Below are positions 1 to 12,625 of a stretch of 64,000 nucleotides of DNA, in pieces (position 1 is the first letter of the stretch; each line of letters begins with the position of its first letter). The position numbers and the translations under genes are program-made. Under the pieces are notes generated by a model, which was not told where the DNA came from, made no database searches, and was given only the letters and a program-made list of their open reading frames with translations. Source of the stretch: Octopus sinensis (lineage: Eukaryota). The DNA lies in assembly GCF_006345805.1 (NCBI RefSeq), contig NC_042998.1, forward strand, positions 189,348,001 through 189,412,000. The letters are read 5' to 3'.

Positions 1-36
1 CTATTTCTCGTTGTATTTGCTCTCTCTCTCTCTCTG

Positions 37-67
<31 letters not shown>

Positions 68-260
68 CTCGCTCTGTTTGCTCTCTTACCCTCTCCGTCT
101 ATCTCTAGCTCTACCTGCTGCTCTCTCTCTTTCTCGCTTGCTCTCTTACCCTCTCCGTCTATCTCTCGCTCTACCTGCTGCTCTCTCTCTCTCTCTCTCT
201 CTTTCTCTCCCTCGCTTGCTTTCTCACTCGTTCACACACTCTCACTCTTACTCGTTCATT
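1..260. repeat. (CT)n/(CTAT)n compound microsatellite with a short tandem duplication
   Basis: Directly visible. Confidence 0.9.
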
Positions 261-3200
261 CACTGCTAGATTTCTTCTTCTGCAGCTGTAAACGTTTTCA
301 AAGCACACACGCTTTCAAGAATGAAAACCCACGCAAATCCACCTCATTTAAACTTTCGATCAGGACCTCAATCCTTAAAATTTTACTAATATTTATTCCA
401 TATATACATATATATTTTTTTTCCTCTCATATATATTATATATATATACATATATATATTATATATATAGTGTGTGCGCGCGCGTATGAAAACATTTCGA
501 ATACATCCTCTGCTGAAATATCTTTATTTGTTTTTTTAAACGCAGAATGAAAAAAAAAAGTAGAAACGTGTGGACTCGATCTTATCTAAATTCAACAATT
601 ATTTACAACATTGATAGCTATACGCCTTTGGTTATATATTTTCTGTCAAAATATTTACTATTCTCTTTTAATGCGGAACTATAAACACATCGGGAAAAAC
701 ATTCCTTTCACACAAGCTTGGTAAATTGATATTATATGCAACAGGCATCTTGCATAATCCAATTTAGAAAGATAAACAAATAAAGTGGGTAAATCAAATG
801 TGTGTGTATTCAATAAATAAGAGAGAAGTTAAGCGTGGAATGTTTATGTTTTAGAAAATTCCACTTGGCCATCCCCTTCGTGTACTGTACTGGCAGGTGC
901 CTGTTATATCAAGCAATCGATCTGCTACAAAGAAAGAAAGAAAACAGCTTATAATTACTAATTTTACGGTTTTTACCATGTTATAAATACACGTGTGTGT
1001 TGGTATATTTTTCGTGGAACAAGGAAGAGAAATAATTTGTGCTATAAACGAAACTCTGGACCCTTGGGTCACAACCGATATAAATATTTGTTGGCATTAA
1101 TGCCTATTTGTTTGTTTGTTTGTTTTTTATTTATTAGCATGTAAATTTAGATTTAAAAAATTGTAATTGTTCAATTTTTCAATATTTTCTAGTTCTCCGG
1201 TTACGATTTTATTTTTCTGAAGTATTCTTGTTGACAAATGAATTTTCTATTGTATTGATTTAATTTAACTACACATAACGACACTTGTGTAACTGTTCTT
1301 CGGCGTGTCTCAGGCGTATTCTGTGGATTGTTAGGGGAGGCGGTGGCTGCTTTACTGGTGATGCCAAGGAACACGGAAAGAGAGAATAAGGAATAGTAGT
1401 GGGAAGCATTTTACCACATGCTTCAGCTTCCTCTCTATCTTTTCTCACCCCGCTCTCTTCTAAGTCTGCAGCACAAGCCAACACCCATCACTTCCGAACT
1501 GTCAGCTGAATACTTTTGAAACAAGCCGACAGTTATTGGAAATTCAGCTTCACAGCTGAAATGGCTATACAACGAAAAGGACTGTCTTCAATTAAATCGA
1601 AATCGAACAATACATTACTGGTACTGATTACTCCTAATCCAACGGAATTAAAACTTAAATCGATGAGAAGGCAAACTAATAATGTGAAACCTACCACCTG
1701 ACGTTCTAATCTATTAACTTCCTAGGCGCTTTATTTGTGTTCTATCGATTTCTACAGTATTACATCGATCTCATCAAAGATACGTTGTCATTTATCTCAA
1801 CAATTTATATGTATTTTGTTATAAAATAAAATTCTTCAGAAGTATCCTTTGGCATAAAATAAATTATACAGAAGCTACAATACATTCGTCATAATATGTT
1901 TATTATGTTTGGCTAAGATAGTATAATAATCTTTTCTGCTCTAGGCACAAGGTCCGAAATTTTGGGGGAGGGGCCAGTCGATTAGATCGACCTCAGTACA
2001 TAACTGGTACTTAATTTATCGACTCCGAAAGGATGAAAGGCAAGGTCGACCTGGCGGAATTTGAACTCAGAACGTTATAATAATATGATACTGGATAAGG
2101 AAAGGTTGATTGTGCCCTCCTTAAATCATCCCCAAACCAAAGGTAACAAAATAGCCAATCATAAACCTTTTCCAGTCACAAGAGTCTTAGCTGGTCATAA
2201 CTACTCTGGAATCTGCTTTTAGATATTAATTATATTGATATTAAATTTAGGAACTTGGCCATAGATCTATAAAAGGAAATGAATTTGTCTTATGTCCATA
2301 CTTTTCTAATGAAGTGAATTAATTTCAACCTGGAAGTTTGTAAAATTTCTTCTTCAATAGCATATAATTACTTCTTTATTCACAACACAACCTTTCAATA
2401 GTGTTTAAATAACTGCCTTGATTGTCTTCCGGCATTTCTAATACAGCCAGAGCTTTTGTCCAAACCTTAATCAAATGAATTTGCTGGGTGGAATACAAAT
2501 AAATCATTTCATCTAACAACAGCTGTGATAATTAACTCTTTATCTTTCACAACAACACTTTTAAAGAAATTTAAAACAGTGAGGTCAAAAAAATTCTATA
2601 CTAGTGTTGAATAAACCAAAATTGGAGGCATAAAAATTGGCTGAAATTCTGTTCTTGGGCTTTTGTAGTGGAATTATTGATTTTCATGTTAATTAGTGAG
2701 AGTTGTTAATTAGTGGGAGATCTAATCTGTCTTTGTCATTGGTTTATTAGTAAAAAGCTTTTTGATTGAATTTAATATTTGTACAAAGGCTTCTGGCAAA
2801 ATTTAAAGTAATTTAAAAGTAGGACAGAGGGTTGGCAGAAATAGAGTGCATTACATTAGGTCTTTCTATGTTCTGAGTTTAAGCCATACTTAGGGTCAAT
2901 GATACCTTTCATTCCTGTTAGGGTCTATAAAATAATATCTGTAAGTGCCTCTCCGAAAGAGAGAGAGGGATATTGAAGTCAATTCAAACATTTTGTAAAC
3001 AAAAGCAAAAAAATATATCACTTTGCGACTAATCAAAAGAAATAATTATTACTGAGCTAACAATGGTTGTTTGAATAGTCAAAGCATTACAAAGGTAGAA
3101 GAAACCAGCTGAATGCATAAATGCTACAAGATAAGCCAACAAGGGGGTCTTTATTTGGTTGCCTGACCTGCTAGAAACAACATGCTGAATATCCCTCAAG

Positions 3201-4070
3201 GTACACTCTATTATCTTTAAAAAGAGGGAAGGGTACATTGAACTAGGTATTCCTAGATACACAATGACAAAGAAAATATGCATGGCTATAGTTGGAATGT
3301 ATCTGATCATTGGTTTATTCAGAGCCAGCCTGAGACTAAACAAAGGTACTTCAGATGGAAATGCTTCTTAAATAGAAGTGAGATAAGTCTAAGCCATTAT
3401 GTAGAGTTAGATGATGATAGTAAGAACTGATTCAAAATATCTAGGACACACAAATTAAGCAAGTAAAGATACTATATTATGGGAGCTGGCAGAAACGTTA
3501 GCACTTCTATACAGTTTCTTAACCTGCTCAAAAGGTCCCAGATTTGATCTTACTGCATGGAATCTTGTTTAATTCTTTGTTACCATATTTCTATTGAAAT
3601 ACACTGCTTTGTTTCAGTCAATTTTTGAAATAGTGAAGAACGTTAAATTATCATGAAATTTTTGTGGCAGGTTTTAACTGAGATCACTTTAAAATTTGTA
3701 GTACAGAACCAAAGACAATTTCAGATGAAATGGTGTCAAAAAGGTTAAAGAATCACTTTTTCTTTTTTACCTTCTATTTTTAATGTAGGCAGAGCTTTTG
3801 TTCAGATTCATTTCAAATTGATTTGCCTGTTAGAATACAAGTAATTAATCTTGTCTAACAACATCTGTGATACTGACCTTTGCAATAGCTTGAGGTCAAC
3901 CCAAGTCTCACGAATAAAATTGGGCCGATAGAAATTAAGTGGAAGTCTGTCACATGGATTGAATCTATAGGCCAATTCAACTTGGAAACTGTATTAAGAG
4001 TGCATGTGTCTGCCATGCAGGTAGATACTCCCCATTAGACAAAATAGATTAAGTACATTAATAGATTAAG

Positions 4071-4303
4071 AAGGTGGCGAGCTGGCAGAATCGTTAGCAC
4101 GCTGGGTGAAATGCGTAGCCGTATTTCGTCTGCTGCTACATTCTGAGTTCAAATTCCGCCGAGGTCGACTTTGCCTTTCATCCTTTCGGGGTCGATAAAT
4201 TAAGTATCAGTTACACACTGGGGTCGATATAATCGACTTAATCCATTTGTCTGTCCTTGTATGTCCTCTCTGTGTTTAGCCCCTTGTGGGTAGTAAAGAA
4301 ATA
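4071..4303 (+). mobile_element. tRNA-derived SINE family A (other copies about 29266-29496 -, 34224-34457 +, 39965-40193 -, 42822-43038 +, 49445-49679 -, 57125-57360 -)
   Basis: Box A-like TGGCAGAATCG, box B GTTCAAATTCC, central GCCTTTCATCCTTTCGGGGTCGATAAATTAAGTACCAG. Confidence 0.85.
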
Positions 4304-4989
4304 AAAATAGATTAAGTACATCAACATCAAGATAAATATCAAATGGAAATTGTAGTTGTGATACCTGTGCAGGCAGCACGTAAAAAGCACCATCCAAACG
4401 TGGCCGACGCCAGCACCACCTTGACTGGCTTCTGTGCCGGTGGCATGTAAAAAGCACCCACTACACTCACGGAGTGGTTGGTGTTAGGAAGGGCATCCAG
4501 CTGTAGAAACACTGCCAGATCATACTGGAGCCTGGTGCAGCCTCCTAGCTTCCCAGACCCCAGTCAAACCCATGCTAGCATGGAAAACGGATGTTAAACG
4601 ATGATGATGATGTATTCTACCAGATAAATTAATTTGATGTAAATTTGGACTGAAGCTCTGACTACATGAGAAATACCAAAAGACATAGAAAAAGGCAATT
4701 CTCTAAACAAGATGCCATGTAGTGGTTCTGGGATCTCGTGATTCTGATGCAAACTTCTTAACCTCTCAGCTAAGCCTGCTGCTCTTGTGTATATAGGACT
4801 ACATTATGTAGTATATTACATTTATAACTTGACAGTGTATGGTTTGAGAGAGAGAGAGATTTGTTCTCAATTTCTTGCAGGTTCAGTGCTATTTGCACAC
4901 TGATTTAACTAGTTAGACATTCAGTTAATTGAACAACTAACTAATTTCTCTTCCACAAAACCAATGGAGATTCCATCAATCATGTTTAA

Positions 4990-5209
4990 CCCTTTAGTAT
5001 TTAAACCGGCCATATCAGACCAAAATTGTCTTCCTGTTTTATGCTCAAACCAGCCAGCTCTGACCTCTCACACCTACCCTACAAAGTTATTCTAAAAATA
5101 TACAGGGACATCATCAAAATCTCAGAATTACAAAATGCTGTGCAATTAATTTAAAACAATGTAATTAAACAGGCTTTACTTTTGGCAGATTAATCTGAAT
5201 GCTAAAGGG
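4990..5209. mobile_element. piggyBac-like MITE
   Basis: TTAA|CCCTTTAG...CTAAAGGG|TTAA. Confidence 0.8.
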
Positions 5210-6401
5210 TTAAAAAGAGAACAGCATGGTCATGGCTGGAATCAAATCAATCAGAGCATCCACCAGACTAAACAGCTATAATCATGCACATCAATCTAAA
5301 GCCTGTTTTCCAAAGCTTGCATATATTGTATTGGACAAGTAAAACGTGTTTCTTCTGTGCCATCTAATCTGTAATTGATTGTCTCTTTTGCAGACATTAA
5401 CCAATGCTTTCTCACTCACATAATCAATTGTCATGTACTCATTATTTATTAAGTTTTACTGAAGCTAACGCTACAGTTTCTCAAGTCTATAACCTTCTTA
5501 ACTTCACTCCCAATCTATTGCTGTAAAATGGTACCCTGCTTCTAATATACACATCAAATGATTTCTCCTTATACACTGAGATATTTCTGTTTCCTCATTT
5601 TAAACCTTATGACTAACAAGCAGAGATTAATAATTATTCCATAGGTGAGATTAAATTGAATTGTCATCAGTCATTTAATTTCAGCAATAATATTTCTTTT
5701 TCCTTTTTGCCATTTACTAAATTTATATATTATCAAATTGCACTCTCGGAGTGGCTGGCATTAGGAAGGGCATCCAGCAGTAGACACACTGCCAGATCAG
5801 ACTGGAGCCTGGTGCAGCCATCTGGTTCGCCAGTCCTCAGTCAAATTGTCCAACCCATGCTAGCATGGAAAGCGGACATTAAATGATGATGACGATAATG
5901 ATGCATAATAATATTCTAAATATCAATATAGAATCAGAGCTTGTTGCTCCTCCTAAAGTTTATGCTATTCTCTATTTTTATATATTTATTTCAAGACTTA
6001 TTTTATATTAGGCAATACACTTATTGTTTCCTCCATCTCCTATGAAACCTATTATATTTCTTTATCTAGTTCTGATCTTCCTTTACTTTCACATATTTTT
6101 ATCATTAACAATATCAAGCCTGTCTAAAAAAACAAGCTTTCGAAACAGCACTATCCACCCACACACACACAGATCACTTTTCCACAAATCCTCATATGTC
6201 ACTTTATCAAAATGTCTCAAATGTCAAAATGACAGATGGTAGAAAATATTTAGTAGGAAACATTTGCCAAAATAAATTTTGTTTGCTTTCATTGAGGGTT
6301 GAGGTATAAATAAAGAAGTTACAAAGAGGGCATGAGTATTTTATGTATAAAAGTATGGCTTGGTTTTCATAAAGTTAGGGGTTTCTCTTTAGATGTTAAT
6401 A

Positions 6402-6615
6402 CGAGGTGGTGCTGAAAAATTCCTGGCTTTGGATAAAAGAAAATACAGGAGGATCAGTTTATGATTTTATCCAATATATCCCACTCTCAGATTCACACAC
6501 TTCTTGCAGTGGTCCTTCAGTTTCTTTGATCCCTGCAAAAGAATTCGGAAAGTTGGGCCTCCAACCTGGCCTTTTGCAATACCCTTAAAGCCAGGAACTT
6601 TTCAGCACCCCCTCA
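6402..6615. mobile_element. Mariner-like MITE
   Basis: About 30-bp TIRs (CGAGG..GGTGCTGAAAA.TTCCTGGCTTT) and TA TSD. Confidence 0.8.
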
Positions 6616-6904
6616 TATAGTTTGAACTGTTAAAAATAGTGTACACCTTTGCTTTTATTACAGTACTGGACTATAATGCATAAGTTTATAACGCTATACT
6701 TTAAACACATGCATCACATAGAGAACTAACCTTCAAACACTCACATCCAGCAGAACTATATTCCAAACATATCACTAATATAGACAAAACATTTCATACA
6801 AAGACATCATATAATGAAATCTTTATAAGATTACATGTCAAATATAGAAATTATATAATTACCCAGAAAATATAGAAATCACACAACACTATACTTCAAA
6901 TATA

Positions 6905-7105
6905 GGACATCATGCTCGGAATGGTCAGTGGCAAGAGAGGAAGAGGCCGACCAAGAACCCGCTGGCTTGACACCATCAAGAGTGATACCGGAATGGACAT
7001 AGCCAATCTGAAAGAAGCGGCCCAGGATAGAACTGACTGGAGGACACTGATCCAACAAGTGACCGAGAGTCGACTTCTTCTGAGCGGATATAGAGAGAGA
7101 GAGAG
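6905..7105 (+). mobile_element. RTE/BovB-like LINE 3' end
   Basis: MLGMVSGKRGRGRPRTRWLD resembles BovB MLGKIEGRRRRGRQRMRWLD. (AG)n tail. Confidence 0.8.
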
Positions 7106-7689
7106 TACAACTCAAACATAGGCATCATTATTCTTTATTCAATACTTTTCAAATACTGCATTATTCTTTATGCTTTACTCATAATATATTACTCTTCAAA
7201 TATAGTCATCATACAACAAATATAGACGTTATACATTAATGCAGTAGAATTATTTCATAATCAACTTTTAAAATATTAACATTTGGTTTTGACAACAAAT
7301 GATATCTACCTGTTTGTCCATTTACCTGTCTCTATCTATCTGCCACTTAATCACTCTACACATACATCTGTTTGTTTATCTTTCTGGATCTGCATCTCTG
7401 CTTATCTGTCTGTTCTTCCTTAAAATGTCATTATTTCATTGCTTACATACAGATCTCACTACCTGTTTCTCGTTTCTTCTCGTGTGTTTTCTAGTCACAA
7501 AAAGATTACCTTCTTTTTCTGCCTATAATATCAATTTAATGACACTTTCAAGATCAAGTAGAATCATCCTTAGATCAATGTTTCAAACTTAGTTTGCTGC
7601 GGCAATGAAACTCTAAATTTGTGAATATAAAAATTATTTATTTAAAATTCTTGAACACGAAGCTTTACAAATTATTATTCGCAGACTTG

Positions 7690-8106
7690 GGATCTTTTCG
7701 GCTTGAATGGCAGTTTTTAAAAATAATTTCCACCTAACTAAACACTTTTAAACTTCATATACTGGTAGAATGTGTTTATAAAACATCTTTTTCTCTTGGC
7801 TTTATTGAGAAAATTCTATAGTTTGTAAGATATTTGTTGTTTTCTTTTTTCAATTTCTGCAATTTCAACCAATCAATGACGTCTATTGAGGTGAAAACAT
7901 TCTGTGCCGTATGAATATGTCCCTCGTTTAAGAAACAGATTGGGTTTATTTACATTTCTGAAGAAAAAAAGATACCCTTCCCCCCACCCCTAATCCTAAC
8001 CCTAAAACAGATTGAAATGCAATAGATCGATACTAGGGTCATAATTATGGGTGACAATTTCATATGACACCGCTAGAAAAAACTGCCGTTCAAACCGAAA
8101 AGATCC
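7690..8106. mobile_element. Merlin-like MITE
   Basis: About 28-bp TIR GGATCTTTTCGGYTTGAAYGGCAGTTTT. 8-bp TSD CAGACTTG. Confidence 0.8.
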
Positions 8107-9069
8107 CAGACTTGTATAACCCCGAGAATGAAGGGTCCTCTACGTGCTGCAATCAGCTAAAAATATTAACAAAATTTATCTCAAAACATTCCCTACAAAC
8201 TTAAAAGAAAGAGGGATGACTACAGTTTTAATGCTTTTGACCATGGATCTACTCAGTCAAGGCTGACATAGAGTTAACAATAACCTCTGCGAGAATAGCA
8301 AGAGACACAAACGATCAAATACCGATAGTAGGTTTTATTAGTAACCTTGACCTTGTTTACAGCATTTCCATACTTAACTTTCGTGAATGATCCTTAAATC
8401 TTAACCAAATATTGCTAAAAAAAAAACTACTAAAGCACCTTGAAGTTTTTCTTTTAGGTGTCTTTTGTAAATATACAAAATCAAAGTATTGGTTCTTTTT
8501 TACATTTGTGATTGCAAAAATAATAATTCAGAAAATCTTTGATGCTCTGCGACTGAGGAACTAAGTCAACAGCTGTTATCTCCCTTATGTAGTTTCTTCT
8601 GTTCTGTATTTAATATCTGTAGTCGTTCTAATTTTTCTTAGTTGTGTTAGGATAATAACTTTCCGACAACAGTATTTATCTAGGCATTCTATGTCATTAT
8701 GAAATGATGTGCTAGTAAATATTATTGAGCTCTTGACTACATGCTGAAGAACATAGATGTACAAAGCTCTTAGTTTTGTACATCTATGTTCTAAGCTTAA
8801 ATTATACCAGAGTTTTATATCGCTTTTCTTTTAAGAGTTCATAAAAGTGTTTCAGTACTAATGTGTGTGTGTGTTAAAAAATTCTATCTTTCATAAAATT
8901 TCCTTTCCTTGATTGGACATTTACAAATAGACATCTAACTCATCTAGCACAATCACTCTCACCTATTTGCCTAAGTTCATATGCTATCTCTGCTTCTATT
9001 TGAATCCCTCCTACAGTAGCATTTATTCTTCTTTCTCTTGTTTAACATTGAGACTATATGTTTCAACTC

Positions 9070-10400
9070 ACATCCTAATCTAGCAAAAACCAAAGTTTTA
9101 GTAACTAGGAAGGCAGAAAAATCACAAATCCATTCAGGTAAATGGCCCTGCTAGATCTATAGAAAAAGCATAGGCAGAAACTCTATAAGATGAACTCAGT
9201 GCATGCACCTTTTATTTGGACACATAAAAGGTGCAGAAATATCTGAGGAAGATTGACAGGGAAATTAGCTTTTGTATGTGAAAGGTGCACAGGTACAATA
9301 AACACTGAAAACGTGCAGAAAATAGACTCCTTCAACTGCCAGTGGGTCAAGCTAGAGGTAGTAGATAGCTTCCATTATCTAGGTGACCAGGTTAGTAGTG
9401 GAGGTGGATGCTCTGAGAGTGTAGCAGTGAGAATAAGAATAGATTGGGCAAAGTTCAGAGAGCTCATACCTCTACCAGCCACAAAGGGCCTCTCTCTCAG
9501 AGTGAAAGGCAGACTGTATGATGCCTGTGTGTGAACCACCATGCTACATGGCAGTGAAACATGAGCTATAACAGCCAAGGACATGCATAGGCTTGAAAAA
9601 AATGAAGCCAGTATGCTTTGCTGGATGTGCAATGCCTGTGTGCATGTTCGACAGAGTGTAAGCATCTTGAGAGAAATGTTAGGCATAAGAGGAATCGGAT
9701 GTGGTGTGCAAGAGAGATGACTGCCCTGGTATGGTCATGTGATGTGTATGGATGAGGACAGCTGTATAAAGAAGTGCTGCTCTCTAACTGTGGAGAGAAC
9801 CTGTGGTAGAGGTAGACCCAGGAAGACATGGGACTCAGTAGTGAAGCATGGTCTTCAAATTTTGAGCTTCATGGAGACAATGACTAGTGGCCAAGACCTT
9901 TGGAGATATGCTCTTGAGAAGACCTGGCAAGCCAAGTGAAATTGTAGTCATGGCTGATGTTGGCGTTGTGTAACTGGCACACATGCTGGTGATATGTAAA
10001 GAGTGCCATTGGAACATTTAGCCTCATGGAGGCTAGTAGCTGAGTTCTTTTTGAGCATTGGATCACATGGAGGCAAAGTGGCTGACTTTCTTTTGAGTTT
10101 TGGGCCTCACAGAGACAATGATCGAGACCTTTGGCATTATGACATGCTTGAGAAGACCCATCAAGCCTAGCAAGATCGCAGTCATGACAGTTACCAGTGT
10201 CACGCAAATGACACCTATGCTGGTGGCATGTAAAAGCACCCGTCACACTCTTGGAGTAGTTGGCATTAGGAAGGGCATCCAGCCATAGAAAACCATGCCA
10301 AATCAGTCTGGGGCAGCCTTCCAGCTTACCAGCCCTGGCCAAACTGTTCAACCCATGCCAGCATGGACAACAGATGTTAAATGATGATGATAATAATGAT
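9070..10400 (+). mobile_element. RTE-type LINE, ORF2 C-terminus plus 3'UTR and (GAT)n tail
   Basis: FHYLGDQ...KGRLYDACV...GRGRPRKTW with stops and frameshifts, contiguous with the abundant 3'UTR repeat. Confidence 0.85.
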
Positions 10401-10674
10401 GATGTTCTGGCTGGCTATTGGTTGGTAAGCTTTAGCAAGTGTGGTTTGACTATTTTGTGGGATGACGAGAGTAGTTGCAGTTCTTGTGTACCCTTGATAC
10501 TTTCTCCTTACAGCCATATGAAACATTGCCAATAAAAGATGAAGTGCTTCAACCAGCAACCTGTTATAAGATTTGGGTTTGGGATTTTCCTGTTTGACAT
10601 TTTCTGTAGAATCAATTACAGTATTTCATCAATTTCATATTGTGTTTACTGGACATGCTGGCAATAGTCCAGAT

Positions 10675-10697
10675 GTATGTATGTTTGTATGTATGTA

Positions 10698-10738
<41 letters not shown>
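10675..10738. repeat. (TATG)n(TG)n microsatellite
   Basis: Directly visible. Confidence 0.9.
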
Positions 10739-10741
<3 letters not shown>

Positions 10742-11564
10742 CTGGATCAATAATCTATTATTTTTTAGATTAGACTTACATTTAAGGATTTCTAGTGCTT
10801 CCATAGAACAGAGTGATGGTAAGCCGAATCCCTTTGTAAGGGAGCACAGTATGTATTATTGACCATAATACTGATTAACTAATATTTCTTGTTTTGAGGT
10901 CGCAAATAAATTTAGCTAATGTGGTGTTAGGTGCTTTTCATTTATTCTTATATATATAGGCATGGCTGTGTGGTAAGAAGCTTGCTTCCAAACCATATGG
11001 TCCTGGGCTCAGTCCCACTGCATGGCAGTGCCTTCTACTGTAGCCTCGGGACCAACCAAAGCCTTGTGAGTAAATTTGGTTGACAGAAACTGAAAGGAGC
11101 CTGCCGTATACATACACATATATATTGCTCCATGCAACCTCCTAATACTGCCAACAGGTTCCAACAGTCTGTGTCCATAGCTCAGGAGACCATAGGAGAA
11201 TTCAGCAAACCAACTTACTTAGAGTGGAAGAAGCAGTAGTCAAAGTCAGAAGAGTTGAAACTAACTAACAAAACCATTGAGTATAACCAAAAATATAAGA
11301 ACTTTAATTAAGAGATGAATAAACATTTATGGTTTAAAAACACAGTTCTTTAGAGAGTTCCTTCATTTACCTCTAAAATATGCAGACTTCTTTTGGTGAG
11401 CTCGTCTTTTATTCACCAGTCTAATGATTCCAAATTCACAGTACTATTCTGCATTCTTTATGCTGTCAATGGGATTACAATGTAATCGGTGAAACTGAGT
11501 ACATGTCTAGTTTTATAAGGACAACTAGTGTATAGTTTTACAAATTATATTGAATCGGAACGAC

Positions 11565-11633
11565 CGTACTGACGAGTCTGCGGATGAAAACTTACGTAAG
11601 TAATTTATCGGTAATAGACGAAACCGGTATACG
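11565..11633 (+). ncRNA. Minimal type I hammerhead ribozyme motif
   Basis: Stem I CGTA/TACG, CTGACGA, stem II GTCT/AGAC with extended hairpin, GAAA, palindromic helix III ACCGGT, GUA cleavage triplet. Confidence 0.75.
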
Positions 11634-11804
11634 ATTAATTCTTGATTTTTATATAATTTTCATCTGTCTTGCTCACTTGTGTTCTGGTGTTTGCTGAATT
11701 TCTCTGGAGAACATTCTTTCCTTTGTAGTTAGATCATATGTGATCATCTAGCATATTGGTTATCCACCTAGTGGTTTATCCCTAAATATACACATGTATA
11801 TATA

Positions 11805-11843
<39 letters not shown>

Positions 11844-12478
11844 CTATGCTGGAGAGAGAGAGAGAGCATGTTCTTTGTCTATCTCCTTAACTTGGAGATT
11901 TTAGGTAGAATTATACTAATGTGTCCATCTGTTCTAATTTAATTAAATTCTAAGTCTTTGTGCAGCTGAAGATTGCTTTGCATTTTAAATTGATGTTATG
12001 ATTGCATTGTCCAGTTAAATGGAGTTACATGAAATGATCGTACTTCATTACCTCTGGATATCCATGTTGCTTATTTTGATTATAGATATATATATGGGTG
12101 GGTTGCGTCCTGGGGGTCGGGGGTGATTTTTTAAATTGTGAGATATCTATATATAGATCTTGGCTTGGCAGCACGAGCGAACTTTTACAGAGGAGGATGT
12201 CCACGTCTCACACACGAAATAACAGCTACAAAGTTGTTTGATAATTTCTTTATTCGAATGATGATATTGAGTTAGTAAAGAAAAATGCTATACTGTGATA
12301 TTTATGTGTTTTTCGGCAACATTAACGCTGTATGTAAAGTTAAACTACAACCAATAATCCCTTAGAAGAAATAAACATGAACAATTTTTCGGAGTTAGCT
12401 GGAATACTTTTACAATGGGTACATATCTTTGCTTTCACCGGTGTAGTGTGATTTTGTTTTTCACACTAATTGTGTAGG

Positions 12479-12625
12479 ATGTCTCAAAGCGAAATAAAAC
12501 TTTGTAAATTAATTATACGGGAAAATTTTGCAGAGACTTCTGAAAAGGTTGCTACAATCCTTTTAGAATCAGGGCCTTGTCCGTTGAAGTTACTTGCTAT
12601 TTACACAAATTTAAAACTCGATCAG
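12479..12625 (+). CDS. POLR3C: POLR3C coding exon 1 (MSQSEIKLCKLIIRENF...LKLDQ)
   Basis: Resembles human RPC62 N-terminus MTQAEIKLCSLLLQEHF...SLDQ. AG acceptor at 12476-77 just before the ATG implies an upstream non-coding exon. Donor CAG|GTAAT, phase 0. Confidence 0.95.

Noticed and set aside
11-550. 179-aa ORF
   Set aside because: It is a translation of CT/CTAT/TA microsatellites with no domain.
12170-12477. Exact POLR3C non-coding first exon (candidate donors at 11596 and 12271)
   Set aside because: I cannot choose between them from sequence alone.
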